The notes under the pieces: generated by a model
Told to the model about the DNA's origin: nothing
Databases searched by the model: none
The model's input: only the letters and a program-made list of their open reading frames with translations
Position numbers and translations under genes: made by a program
Shown: piece after piece, positions 25,511 through 37,426 of the stretch
Layout of the letters: each line of letters begins with the position of its first letter
Position numbering within the stretch: position 1 is the stretch's first letter
Assembly (NCBI RefSeq): GCF_006345805.1
Contig: NC_043002.1
Location: 114,576,001 to 114,640,000, forward strand
Length of the DNA stretch: 64,000 nucleotides
Origin: Octopus sinensis
Lineage: Eukaryota
Reading direction: 5' to 3'

Positions 25511-25894
25511 CATGGATAACGAATAATTGTTGGACATGGGCGATCGTTGTATTCTTTCTTGTCTTGAGGTTCACAGCCGAACGGCTGGGTGGATTCGCAT
25601 GAAAAATGGCACACATGTGGAGACGGGTGCATAGGTTGGAATGTGCTTTGTATTTTTTTCATAACCCCAAAACTTACCAAGAAAATCGGTTAAAACATTT
25701 CTAATGGAATTTCCCTCTTTCTTCTGCCATTAAAACAACCAGTTGCTTAGAAGTTGTTTTCTGACGTGGGTGGGGTCAGGAAATGCTCATATAGTTTGAG
25801 GCTCCAATCGAAACAGGGGACCCGAAATGATAAGGTTGGCAAACGCTGTTATAGATTATGCCTAACCGAAATATATATATATATATATCAATCA

Positions 25895-26152
25895 GGATAT
25901 CAACTAGACTATCGGATGTTGCTATATGCCACTGGTCACAATGTGCTTCTCGTTTTAGCCTTCGAACAATGCCACCTCTTTGGCTCGACAAGAACGTCAG
26001 GTCATCGCAAGGTTACCGATTTACAATTGAGTGGACTGGACCAAAGTGAATTGAAATATTCTCTCAAGAACAAAACGCTCAGACGGTCTGGGAATAGAAA
26101 CCACATCATCGCGATCGTTAGTGCAATACCAACATCACTAGTCCACGCGCCT
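25895..26152 (-). mobile_element. Diverged tRNA-derived SINE family D
   Basis: Reverse complement starts GGCGCGTGGACTAGTG, has B-box-like GGTTTCTATTCCC, then TCCAGTCCACTCA and AACCTTGCGATGACCTGACGT motifs. Confidence 0.65.
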
Positions 26153-26968
26153 TACACATAAATATATACATACATACGTACACAGACACATATACATATA
26201 CACACACATACAAATTAGGTGTGTATGTGTCTATATATGCAGTTGTATATCTCTATGTATCGAGCTATCTATTTCTATAGATACACATATTTACACAAAT
26301 ACATGTCATGAGAGATATTAGTCTAATAAGAAAGAGCTGCGCTCACGTGAGACTCATTTTCTCTTTCAATATGTCTAATGGCTAGAGATAGTCGTCCTTG
26401 TTAAAGAATGCAGAAAATTACCAAAATAGAAATAGTTGATTGAATCTCCTGCTCTCGAAATACTATGTGACTTGGTGAGTCATAAAAAATGTTCCCAGTA
26501 TTTTGTCTTCCATCTTGCACCCATTCTGACACTGCCTCCAATTTCGAAGCTGTGAAGATGAAGCTTACTTACTTCATATGTAAACTCCATTTGATTATAA
26601 GTGAATATTTCACCAACCTTACTCGCATCAATTCAATATGTATGTGTACACATTAGTTAACCGCTGATTCCTTTAACGTCATTTGCCCTTCGACAAACTT
26701 GTTTTCCAGAAGATGTTCAAAATCACATTCCACATAAATGAGACTTTGTGTGGCAGCCAGTTTACTTGTCGACGATCTGACAAGCATTTTGCCCGGTGTG
26801 CTAACTATTCTGCTACCTCACAGCCTTAAGCAGCATTCTTAACCATAAAAAAGCAAAAAAAGAAAAGAAGCATGTGTTATTCAGGATTTAATGGAGTTGC
26901 CAAGCATTTAAAGAGAAGTTTTGGAAACAAAAAGATTTTTTAATAATTTTATTATTTAGCTTCACAAA

Positions 26969-27168
26969 GGCAGTGAGCTGGCAGAATCATTAGCACGCCG
27001 GGCAAAATGCTTAGTGACATTTCGTCCGTCCTTACGTTCTGAGTTCAAATTTTGCCGAGGTCTATTTTGTGTTTCATCCTTTCGGGGTCGATGAAATAAG
27101 TACTGGCGTCGATGTAATCAACTAGTCCCTCCCCACAAAATTTCAGGCTGTGTGCCTTTAGTAGAAAG
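26969..27168 (+). mobile_element. SINE B
   Basis: GGCAGTGAGCTGGCAGAA head and CATCCTTTCGGGGTCGAT core. Confidence 0.85.
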
Positions 27169-28679
27169 GATCATTTAGCTTCACAGTTATCTGAGAATTA
27201 GCGCCTTACTCTACAAATTATAGTGTCAAAAGTCCATATACCCTCACTAGCAATACGTTGTGTTCTTGGAAATAACCTATACTCCTTATCAAACCAGTTT
27301 ATCTAACTTTAAATAGGTGCTCCAGTAAAAAAAAAACTAAAAAAAAAAAACTAAAAAAAACACTAAAAAACAGATCATTGCTCTTAGTAATCGAACATTA
27401 TGAATTTGAATCCTTGAAGAAATGAATTCAACTCCTTGTCGTTGGTATACTTTATAGACAGCGATTTTATTGGAGTTCCTATGTCTATGTTCTATCTACT
27501 AGAATATGGGATGGAAACGTAGCCCTAACAATTTTACAATCTTTATTTGATCACTGGTTTGAATTGGAACAAATCAATTGTTGCATTAATCTTTTATTCG
27601 TGAGATTGCAAATTTCTTTTGTTCTTTAATAACAAATTACCTCTGTTACTATCTTGACCTAACTCTTGTTGTGGAACAATAATTAATTAAAACGGGCTGT
27701 TTTTGAGATATTTCATTAAAAAATGAAGTCACTATTTTCCTTCAATAATAATAAAAAAAAAATCCCTCTTAATTTTAATTAATTGTCGTTGGTTTCTGTT
27801 TTATTACAATATTAATCTGTTTGACAGGAAAAATATGAATCATTACAGAAAGAACAAATGTAATTCCAAGCAAGCATGTTGGCACTTTGATTCTCTCTGA
27901 TTGTAACCATTAATGCACTGGAATTGAATAGTCAATGACTATAATTGAATCTTTCTGTTTGGAAATATTATAAATGAAGAAAAAAAAACCCAAAACACAT
28001 GGCCATTAGCATTTGGTCAGCCGGAGGAATAAATCGAGAGAGAATGAATATGTAGTAGTAACATCGAAAGACTGAAAATATGAGTAAATATGTATTTAGT
28101 GTTCAGAATTCCATTTGGTATTTTATTAACTACGAAGAGATCATAGAGATTAATCGGGTAGGAGAACTTCAAAGGGGAAAAAGAAAGTCTTATATTTTAC
28201 TTATATTTTACTTATTCTACATTTAAAAAAAATCCTGGCTTTTTTTTTCTTTTAACATCCCATGTATTATTCGTAACTTTGATTTGCGTTTGAAACACTG
28301 ATTTAACGTTTACTCTAAATGTAATATGATGCAATTATTGAGATATATTAATAAATCATGATGATAGGAAATATCAAATGCTGATTATTGGAGAAGGGTG
28401 GGACTGAAATGTTAGATTTTCTTATCCTCATGGCATAAGTTAACTGAGTGAACGAACAGACGAAAAGAGTTAACGCCTGATACACGATATAAAGGAAATA
28501 TGTGTGATCTTAACTTCTAGTAAGTCATCTGCTACAGGATACAGGACGTTCAGTTTCTCTTCAGGCGGTATGAAATAGGAAAATCCGTCTGTGACCAGCT
28601 ATCACGTAGAGTTGGATATGAAATGACTCGGGTCGGACAGATATGTCGAGCAGAAATTTTATACTCAAGCAGACAAAAG

Positions 28680-28710
<31 letters not shown>

Positions 28711-28921
28711 GGACAGACGCAAGTCAAATGGGCTCCAAGTAAGTTGGTCATTTTGTACGTTTAAAAGTGTTTATTGTCAAATATTTCGTGTTTAAAAGTT
28801 GTGCAACAACATCCACTGCAAATCTTGATTAATATCTACACAAAATTTCGCCCTTTGTGGGCAAAATTTTTAAAATTCTCATAGGCCTCGTGTTGTATTT
28901 TAGCCATTTTTATTTTCAAAA

Positions 28922-30140
28922 ATGGCTACTGGTCACCACGAGGCTGAGGCGCAAGTCAAGCGTGACGCCAAAACAAAAAAGCAGGATTCCCTGTCACCAT
29001 GCGCTGAACTTGACAGTTTGAACGCTACTAACACCACCACCACCACCACCACCACCACCACCACCACCACGACCATCAGCATCGACAACAGCAACAACTA
29101 CAAAACAAAGGTCGTAAGGCCAAGCACTGTCACCGCCACCAATGATTCCACCATCAATATCGACACCACAACCATGGCAGCTTCTGCTATTACAACTGCT
29201 ACCTCTGCTAACGATACCACTACCAACAACAATAACAATATCAAGATCACCAGACCAATCACCATCACCGCTACGAAAGGCCGTGCCGTCAATACCAATG
29301 CCACCACCTTAATATCTGCTACTACGACTGCCTCACTTGCTACTAATACCACCGCCGCCACCAAGAACGACAAACAACAACAACAATTCCCTTCAGCCAT
29401 TGTTCCCTCCACCACCAACAAGTGAAGGAGACAAAGAAAAAACCGCGACCACCAAACGAGTTGCCGAAATTTGCTCAAACGCAGGGGCAAATTATGCAGA
29501 CAACTTTCCACCCCTTGCTAGTTGCATAATCAGCAACCATAAACCTAATATACCCACAACCCACACCACTGCCATCAACACCAACACCACCAGCAGTAAC
29601 AACAATAACAAAACAACAGCAAACTTCGCCGAGGCGATAAAAGAAAAAAAAACAATAGTATCGTTTACTGCACAGCAGATAAAAGACACCAGAGCCCTAA
29701 TCACCAAAGAAAACGGTAAAGTGCAATTACACATACCACAACACGTACTGAATGACAAAAAAAGAAAACGATTATTTATAAAATAATAAACAACACAACT
29801 AAAAGCAAACACAGACAAAATCGAAAAATGCTTACGCCCCATCTGAGGATACAAAGAGTATGAAGAGATAGCAAAACAATTCTCAACGCTAACTCTTCAT
29901 TCAGATGAGCTAACGATGATACCCAGTTACCTTGGCCAGAGGGTAACAAAAGTCATTATCAAGAATGTCCCTCAAATAGCAGACACACTATGGATAACAT
30001 CGACCATATGCGTCGAAATGGAGGACATAAACATCCTGCAAATCGCTGTTTCGAAACAGTGAAAAACGAGTACGAAAATTAACGGAATGGAGAAAAACAA
30101 ACATGGATAATTCTATATCATCGGCGAAGCTGATGACCAA
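28922..30140 (+). mobile_element. Disrupted ORF1-like 5' portion of a LINE (probably L1/Tx1 group) with a Thr/Asn-rich N-terminus
   Basis: ATG at 28922; low-complexity T/N run; then ANFAEAIKEKK and IPSYLGQRVTKVIIKNVP in broken frames; putative 5' UTR begins at about 28711 after an (ATCT)n tract; no ORF2 follows. Confidence 0.5.
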
Positions 30141-30910
30141 ATAAGTTATAATTTTTAGTGGTGGAAGAACTTAGAATCGCACGTCTGCAAAGCGCCATTA
30201 TATAAAAAAAGGTTAAATTTTTTAATTACTTGTTTCGTGAAGGGAGACCACAACAATACTCGAGGTGAGGACGAGTATTCGAGTACATAAATCGCGACAG
30301 GAATTCTTTCCAGCAAGTTTATATCAAGACGTTCACACAACTTTATGCAATGGCGGGAGTGAGTGAAAGAGAAAGAAGGTGAGCGAGAGCTAGAGCGAGA
30401 TTGATCTTAATTTGATAGATTCATACGACGAAGGGAATCCATCAAAATTTAATATGAGATGCTGCTATCTTTTGTCCCAGATATACGATGTCTCTGTCTG
30501 GATGTGGCACACCAGGAAATTTCGATATGTATAGTGGTTTAAAACTTTAGTAATACTTTGTTCATGGTACTGTTTGTATATGCTTGTGATCTCTGATTTT
30601 GGCCATGTAGAAGGAAGAGAATGAACTCAATCAGAGATCGTCAGTTGCGTTCCCATGTGCTACTCATTCATGGTATACAACCCAACATAATTTCGGTTGG
30701 TTTCTGTTTAAATACTTTTAATGTAAAACTGAACAAAATGGGAGGTGGAGTTTAGGGTGGTGTCGGAGTGGTTTTCTAAGGTATCGTGTATGTATTAGAA
30801 CAGAATGTGAAATTTGGGGCTTTCAACAATAACATAAAAATGCCTTTCTATATACATGTTATTTCGTACACGTTTTTTATGGCTTTGATAAGCAAGATCT
30901 TCTAGACTCC

Positions 30911-31150
30911 CATGTATGTATGTATGTATGTATGTATGTATGTATGTATGTATGTATGTATGTATGTATGTATGTTTGTATGTATGTATGTATGTATGTA
31001 TGTATGTATGTATGTTTGTATGTTTGTATGTATGTATGTATGTATGTATGTATGTATGTATGCATGTATGTATGCATGTATGTATGTATGTAGGCATGTA
31101 TGTAAGTATGTATGTAGGTGTGTATGCATGTAAGTTTGTAGGTATGCATG
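30911..31150. repeat. (ATGT)n microsatellite
   Basis: Seen directly. Confidence 0.95.
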
Positions 31151-31844
31151 CTCATTGAATACGGCGGTGAGCTATTCGATTTAATTGTCAATTCTTCGAT
31201 CTCTGTTGCAGATCCGTTCGCCTGACTTTTGGTTGTGGTTTGTGTACAATACTAAGTGTGCTCTTATCTTTGTAGTTTAATGTGGTTTACTAAAAAAACG
31301 ATCTGAGACCCAAACGAGGCAAGAATAAATTAATTGTGAATTTGATTTATTATTTGTATACAAATGTCTCTTTCTATTGTGCGAATATGGTTCATGTCAG
31401 TGCTCACAATATAACATCAAACTCATAATTGAAAGCACTCTAGCCGTGGCCATCCGGTCTGTCTAGTAGTAGTCATGACTATAGTAGCTTGGATTGTAAT
31501 GTTTCCTCACTCCTTTTTAAGAGGGTGTGGCGTGATTTCAAGAAAATTTGGTTGCCTTATTGGCTAGTCAAGCAATGACATAGAGACGTCCCCGTTGAAT
31601 CGTATAATTTTCTGTTGTTGAATTTGTCGTTCTTCACTGTTACGAGTCAAACTGGTAACATCAGATTGAATAATCATTACCTTAAGTTGATTTCCAGCAA
31701 AATTTATAAGCGAATGATCGAAGAATGTTAGATAAATCATGCAGTAATAGCTGAAAAATTACCAAAGCTGTAACCACAATTGTACACACACACACATGTA
31801 TATGTATGTATATATATATGATAATATAAATCATATATAAATAT

Positions 31845-32275
31845 ATGCATATATACATACATGTATGCACATACCTACATGTATATGTATATATATACAT
31901 GTATATATGGGCACAGGACATCAAAAAAACTTTGAACACAATGAGAAACGAAAACAGAAAAACAAAAACATAGAAAGGAACTTTTTTTTCAAACAACGAA
32001 AAAAGCAGAGAGTTGTCGCTGTTTCGTCTACTCCTTACCTTCGAAACGTGGAGTAGATGAAACAGGGACAACTGAAGAAGAGGAAAAGTCCTTGTGTTGT
32101 ATGTCTTGTTTCTCTGCTTTTTTCGTTGTTTGAAAAAAAGTTCGTTTCTATGTTTTTGTTTTTATGTTTTCGTTTCTCATTGTGTTCAAAGTTTTTTTGA
32201 TGTCCTGTACCCATATATGCATGTATATATACATATACATGTAGGTATCTACATATATGTATGTATATATGTATA
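31845..32275. mobile_element. Foldback built from two inverted copies of a PLE-associated terminal repeat
   Basis: About 31860-32011 is the reverse complement of about 32110-32265; inner hairpin 32012-32070; related copies at 34290-34493 and 49290-49465. Confidence 0.75.
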
Positions 32276-32285
32276 TATTTATATA

Positions 32286-32620
32286 TCTATCTCTATAAAA
32301 CAGTCCTTGAACGAAAATTGTATGCACATTTTGCTTTGACGGTTAATGATGGTCAAACTGAGGCTAGGATCGAGCTGAAAATTGGCAGGGATACTAAATG
32401 CGTGGTGAGGATGAGATCCGTGATGGTTACAATTCGCAAGCTATAAAGATGTGGTTGCTATGGCAAAAAGAGCAATTTTTTTCTCTCTATAATGACGTTT
32501 GACAGCTTCGTCTCTCTGTCACTCTTTCTCCCACCACCTCTCTCACTGTACGTCTGTCTTATCTAAAGAGAGAAAGCGTTGACAGCCGCAAAAGTTTAAA
32601 AATTCCCTGCCACTGGTCTT
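32286..32620 (+). mobile_element. Helitron-like 5' fragment
   Basis: TCTATCTCTATAAAA start; shares GGATCGAGCTGAAAAT with the element at about 32950; no 3' end found. Confidence 0.4.
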
Positions 32621-32770
32621 TTAGAACGGTGAATTATTATCGCCCACCACCATCGCACAATCATAAAAGATATTATTAATTAGATATATTGTGTTAATTT
32701 ATATATGTTTATATATATATATATGTATATGTAAATAATGTGTATACATATATATATGTGTGGGTGTGTG

Positions 32771-32832
32771 TTAGTTAGTTAGTTAGTTAATTTGGCTCAT
32801 AAGCAAATAGCAAGGCCATGTAGGGGGTATAC
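32771..32832 (-). mobile_element. CR1 3' UTR/tail stub with (TAAC)n tail
   Basis: Reverse complement CCCCCTACATGGCCTTGCT..GCCAAATTAACTAACTAAC matches 1901-1950. Confidence 0.75.
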
Positions 32833-32917
32833 AGTGTATATATTTATATATATGCGTGTATATATATATGTAGACATGTATATATAATGCGTATATATGT
32901 ACATATTTTATGCGTAA

Positions 32918-32944
<27 letters not shown>

Positions 32945-32962
<18 letters not shown>

Positions 32963-33195
32963 GTGGATATGTGGTCGGATTGAGCTGAAAATATGCACAC
33001 CTATGTTAAAAGTGCTAGCGAGTTTGCATGGGAACCTTGAGTTTGCTCTATTGAAAGACATGGCCTCAAGGGTAAAATTCCTCATTTTTTTAAATGTGGC
33101 CCGCTTAGACCCGAATGAAATCGGGTTTTAATGCCGAAACAAGTAAAACAATAATAAACTATTTTAATCCCGAGTAAGGCCGAGTATATCTGTCT
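32945..33195 (+). mobile_element. Diverged non-autonomous Helitron
   Basis: TATATATAAAAT start; ends CCCGAGTAAGGCCGAGTATATCTG, a decayed form of the 3' end seen at 3038-3066. Confidence 0.5.
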
Positions 33196-33197
33196 CA

Positions 33198-33704
33198 TCT
33201 ATAAAATGAAGAAGTCGAACGCTGATACAAATTGGATTTTTATGTAAAAAGGGGTCTAAATGGGGCTGGAAGAGGATTAAAATTTACAGGAGGAGGTAAC
33301 TTGAGGTGAGAAATTGATTGGGAAACGTTTTGGGGCTATATAGTGGTTGCTTTGGTGTGAAAATGGGGATTTTATTGATTTTTGGGGACACTTGCGAGTT
33401 TAGATTGGACACCTTTTGCCCGATTTCAATCAAATTTTCAACATGGTAAAGTGAAAGCGGATTTGCAATTTAGGCGCGGAAATCTCCTTTTTTTATAAAT
33501 GGGAGAGCGATAGATAGAGAAAGACAGATAGTAAGAGAAAGCGAGGGAGAGTCCGAGAGATAGGAAGAGTAAGAGAGTGTGAATGTGAGAGAGAAAGGAG
33601 ATAGAAACAAAGAGGGTGAATCTGGCGATAAGAAACAGAAAGGAAGCAAGAGAAAGTAACAACCACACCCTCACCCGCGCGTAGAGCGGGTCACCTTTAG
33701 CTAG
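33198..33704 (+). mobile_element. Non-autonomous Helitron
   Basis: A|TCTATAAAAT start, hairpin CCCGCGCGTAGAGCGGG at 33674-33690, CTAG|T end. Confidence 0.75.
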
Positions 33705-33774
33705 TTATTTATATTATTATATGATCGAACGCCACGCATCCTTTTCCAAGTAAATTTTATCGTATATATATATA

Positions 33775-33982
33775 TATTTCTTTACTACCCACAAGGGGCT
33801 AAATATAGAGGGGACAAACAAGGACAGACAAATGGATTAAGTCGATTACTGGTACTTTATTTATCGACCCCGAAAGGATGAAAGGCAAAGTCTACCTCGG
33901 CGGAATTTGAACTCAGAACGTAATGTCAGACGAAATACCGCTAAGCATTTCACCCGGGGCGCTAACGTTTCTGCCAGCTCGC
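33775..33982 (-). mobile_element. SINE B, alternative-tail subfamily, adjacent to (ATGT)n at 33984-34197
   Basis: Same head and core as other B copies, but tail TTTAGCCCCTTGTGGGTAGTAAAAGAAAT. Confidence 0.85.
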
Positions 33983-34494
33983 TGTATGTATGTATGTATG
34001 TATGTATGTATGTATGTATGTATGTATGTATGTATGTATGTATGTATGTATGTATGTATGTATGTATGTATGTATGTATGAATGTATGTATGTATGTATG
34101 TATGTATGAATGTATGTATGTATGTATGTATGTATGTATGTATGTATGTATGTATGTATGTATGTATGTATGTATGTATGTATGTATGTATGTATGTAGA
34201 TAAAACTTACTTGGAAAAGGATGCGTGGTGTTCGATCATATAATATAAATAATATATAAATATATGCCTATGTACATACATATATGTACATACCTATATA
34301 TAGATGTATGTATATATGCATATATGGGTGCACGACATAAAAAAAAAACCTAGACACAATGGGAAACGAAAACATAAAAGCAAAACCATAGAAACGAACT
34401 TGTTTTCGAATAACGAAAAAAACCCAGAGAAACGACACTTATAACATAATGAACATTCCCTTTATCAGTTGTCCACTGCTTCATCTATTCCGCT

Positions 34495-34598
34495 TGTATG
34501 TATGTATATATATTGCGTGTGTGTGTATATATATCTATATACATACATATATATATATATACATATATATATATATGTATGTATATATATATATATAC

Positions 34599-34650
<52 letters not shown>

Positions 34651-34694
34651 ATATATATATATATTATATACATATATATATATATAATATATAT

Positions 34695-34757
<63 letters not shown>
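34495..34757. repeat. (TA)n-rich microsatellite
   Basis: Seen directly. Confidence 0.95.
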
Positions 34758-35332
34758 GGGTGTGGGCGAGAGTGTGTGTGTTTGTTTGAAGATGTGCTTA
34801 TGTTTAGTTGAAATGTGGGACGGTCATTTATGTGTAGGTCAAAAGACTGAGTGGGGTTCAGATTACCATGGTAAAACACTCGGGAAATTGCAACATCTAA
34901 ATGTGCTATATATTGTGTAGGATTTGTGATCTGAAAGACAATGTTTTGGTAAATTCAAAGATTTCTATGACATTTGAAAATGTACATGGAAAGGTGCTGG
35001 ATTTACGTAATGCTACTTTAATTGACATTTTTGTTGGGCATTTAAAGATGTGATAATTTTGCCCACTACAAAATATGTAATATTGTTTAAGTCCAGAACA
35101 GTCCTGCTCAACCAACGTATGATGACAGCTGTTTGAAAAGTAATCATACCCTCGTTAATATTTCTCCAAACTCTGTGTCCAGAGCTACATTTTACTAAAA
35201 ATTTAGGGAAATATTTCGGGGCAACGGAGAATTTTAATATTTTTAGCAGTTAAAATGTTTAGGGTTGCAACTCCTTCTTTGTCTCGAATGTTCTTACTCT
35301 TGAGAGTAAGCGGCGTTTTAGGTATATACCAG

Positions 35333-35550
35333 CGGCGAGCTGGTAGAAACGTTGGCACGCCGGGCGAAATGCTTAGCGGTATTTCGTCTGCCGTTACGTT
35401 CTGAGTTCAAATTCCGCTGAGGTCGACTTTCGGGGTCGATAAATAAAGTACCAGTTACGGACTGGGGTCGATGTAATCGACTTAATACCTATGTCTGTCC
35501 TTGTTTGTACCCTCTGTGTTTAGCCCCTCGTGGGTAGTAAAGAAATAGAA
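35333..35550 (+). mobile_element. SINE B, alternative-tail subfamily
   Basis: CGGCGAGCTGGTAGAAACG head; tail TTTAGCCCCTCGTGGGTAGTAAAGAAATAG. Confidence 0.85.
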
Positions 35551-36047
35551 ATAGGTATATACTTGAAATATAAACAGGTTTAAACGTTTTGGAATTTTTG
35601 AATTCTCTTATTGCTTGCTTGGTGTCCGATGGATAACAAAGATGGAGATTACGATCTAGATGGAAAGTATGTCTACTGCATTTTGTTTCTTTCATCGTTG
35701 TGCCCAATTTTGAAAAGATGTTAGATAAGAGAATTCTCTTGTTGTTGAGATTTGGGTCTCTCACTTCAAGTTGTTTCTGTGACATGTGGTGCGATGTAGC
35801 TGTCGTTAGAATTGCTGACTTTGTTAATTTCTTTATTTTAGTACTTTAGTGTTTGTCGTGTGGTATATATCAAATACAAATGTTTATCACTTTTCTTGTT
35901 TCTTTGTTAATTTCGTCTTTGGCTGATGTTAAATACATTTCTGTTGTTTTATGTAGATGTGTTGACGGCTGTCTCCAGTCCTTATCAAATTATCTGTTTC
36001 ACTTGTGTAAATGACATTGTTTTTATGTTGACATTATTTAAAAAAAA

Positions 36048-36228
36048 TTTTATCTAGTTTCAGCTCACGAGCTGCGGCCATGCTGGGGCACCGCCATCTG
36101 GTGTTGCTACATGATTTTACTTCACGAATGCTTTTTAGCAACTGCCATTTGGTGCATGAGAGAGTTCGATGCAGCTGCCCTCATCTGCACCTCCTGTCTT
36201 GAAGTTGGTTCATTCGGGACACCTGACA
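36048..36228 (-). mobile_element. 3' end of a CR1/L2-group LINE sharing its tail with SINE A
   Basis: GVPNEPTSRQEVQMRAAASNSLMHQMAVAKKHS* (VPD.P...RAA.SNSL..Q motif), then GGCGGTGCCCCAGCATGGCCGCAGCTCGTGAGCTGAAAC. Confidence 0.75.
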
Positions 36229-37426
36229 CATACTGATTATTTTTTTAGAAACGTCTACAATTATTTTGCCGAATTCATATCTTGTAGTATTTGCGGTGGA
36301 GAATGTAATTTCTTTCTATTTTAGTTTTACGAATATTGATTCTAATATTGAAAGAAATTCGAGTGAGCTCTTTTGAAGTTTTTGAAAATGCTTTTTTGTT
36401 TATTAATTGTTGCGTGTTGTGTTGTAATGAGGGCAAGTATATGGTCAGGAGAGGGCCGTTTTTTTTTTTTCGTATGGTTGTTATGGCTCAAGATGTAGAT
36501 GACATCTGCATTGAAACTGTTGCATTATTAGTTGATTTATCCTTGTGATCATTCGATTTCAGTCGTGACAAACCTGATTTTTCTCAAATATAGAGAAGAA
36601 AATCGATTTCGAAGACCATGTTACTTATTGGCAAATACGTAAACGCATGCGCAAGTCCGAATCATTCTCACATTGAGTTCTTAGTTCTCAAAAGAATTCA
36701 AACCAATTCCTCCTCCATTCTGCCACTATCCAATGCAGGATGTTATTTAATTTAAATCTATCTTTTCCGGGTTTTGCTATATTAGACTGTGACACCATCA
36801 CTAAATCCCAATTGTCGAACTGGGAACTTATTATTCCCAGCTGTACTTGAATGTGAAATACTTTCAGTGACAAGTCATTTTCTCAGAGCTTTTACGTTTT
36901 ACTTTTCTTTCTTTCTTTTTTTTTTTGTAAGCGTATACGATATCAAATAAAGGTTTGGAGTAATCAACCACTTCTGCCACTGGACACCAAGAAATATATT
37001 GGAGCATGTTTCTAAGTAGGTATTAAACAGATTAATAATGTTATTAAAAATTAGATTTAATAAAGTTTGCTATATATATATATATAAAAAATCTTTGATA
37101 TGATTAAACATTAATCTTGACAAAAATAAAAATACAAACAAATGCAAATTATAAGTTGTCAGTTAAAGTCTAAACTAATTATTGCTTAACTTTGATGTAG
37201 AAAACCAAAATTAAGGGGCTGGTGAATGAGATTCGCTCCCTGTTGGTTAGATAGGATCTACTCATACTGATTGCCAAAGTTACATGAACCATAACATATT
37301 TCACGGCCTCTTGGTATATAAGAACCCAACTTAAACTTTAAGTATTCCAATACCAAAAGAAGTAGATAGAGGTAATGACAATTATAGTAGTAGTAGTCAC
37401 AACAGTACTAACGACAATAATGATGA

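Larger units (their letters stand above)
24958..25540 (-). mobile_element. PLE remnant: ORF N-terminus flanked by inverted hammerhead-bearing repeats
   Basis: Minus strand IEKMRMRWKAFFY and, after removing an insertion, GIKSKKFPPKIKG..KDLLKLMNN, matching the KRMRWKAFF..GFKS..PP..FE.DL motif of invertebrate PLEs; inverted repeats at 25040-25137 and 25433-25530. Confidence 0.72.

Noticed and set aside
35560-36030. Possible PLE remnants here and at about 60650-61340 (minus)
   Set aside because: Only vague motif echoes in A-rich broken frames; not enough to call.
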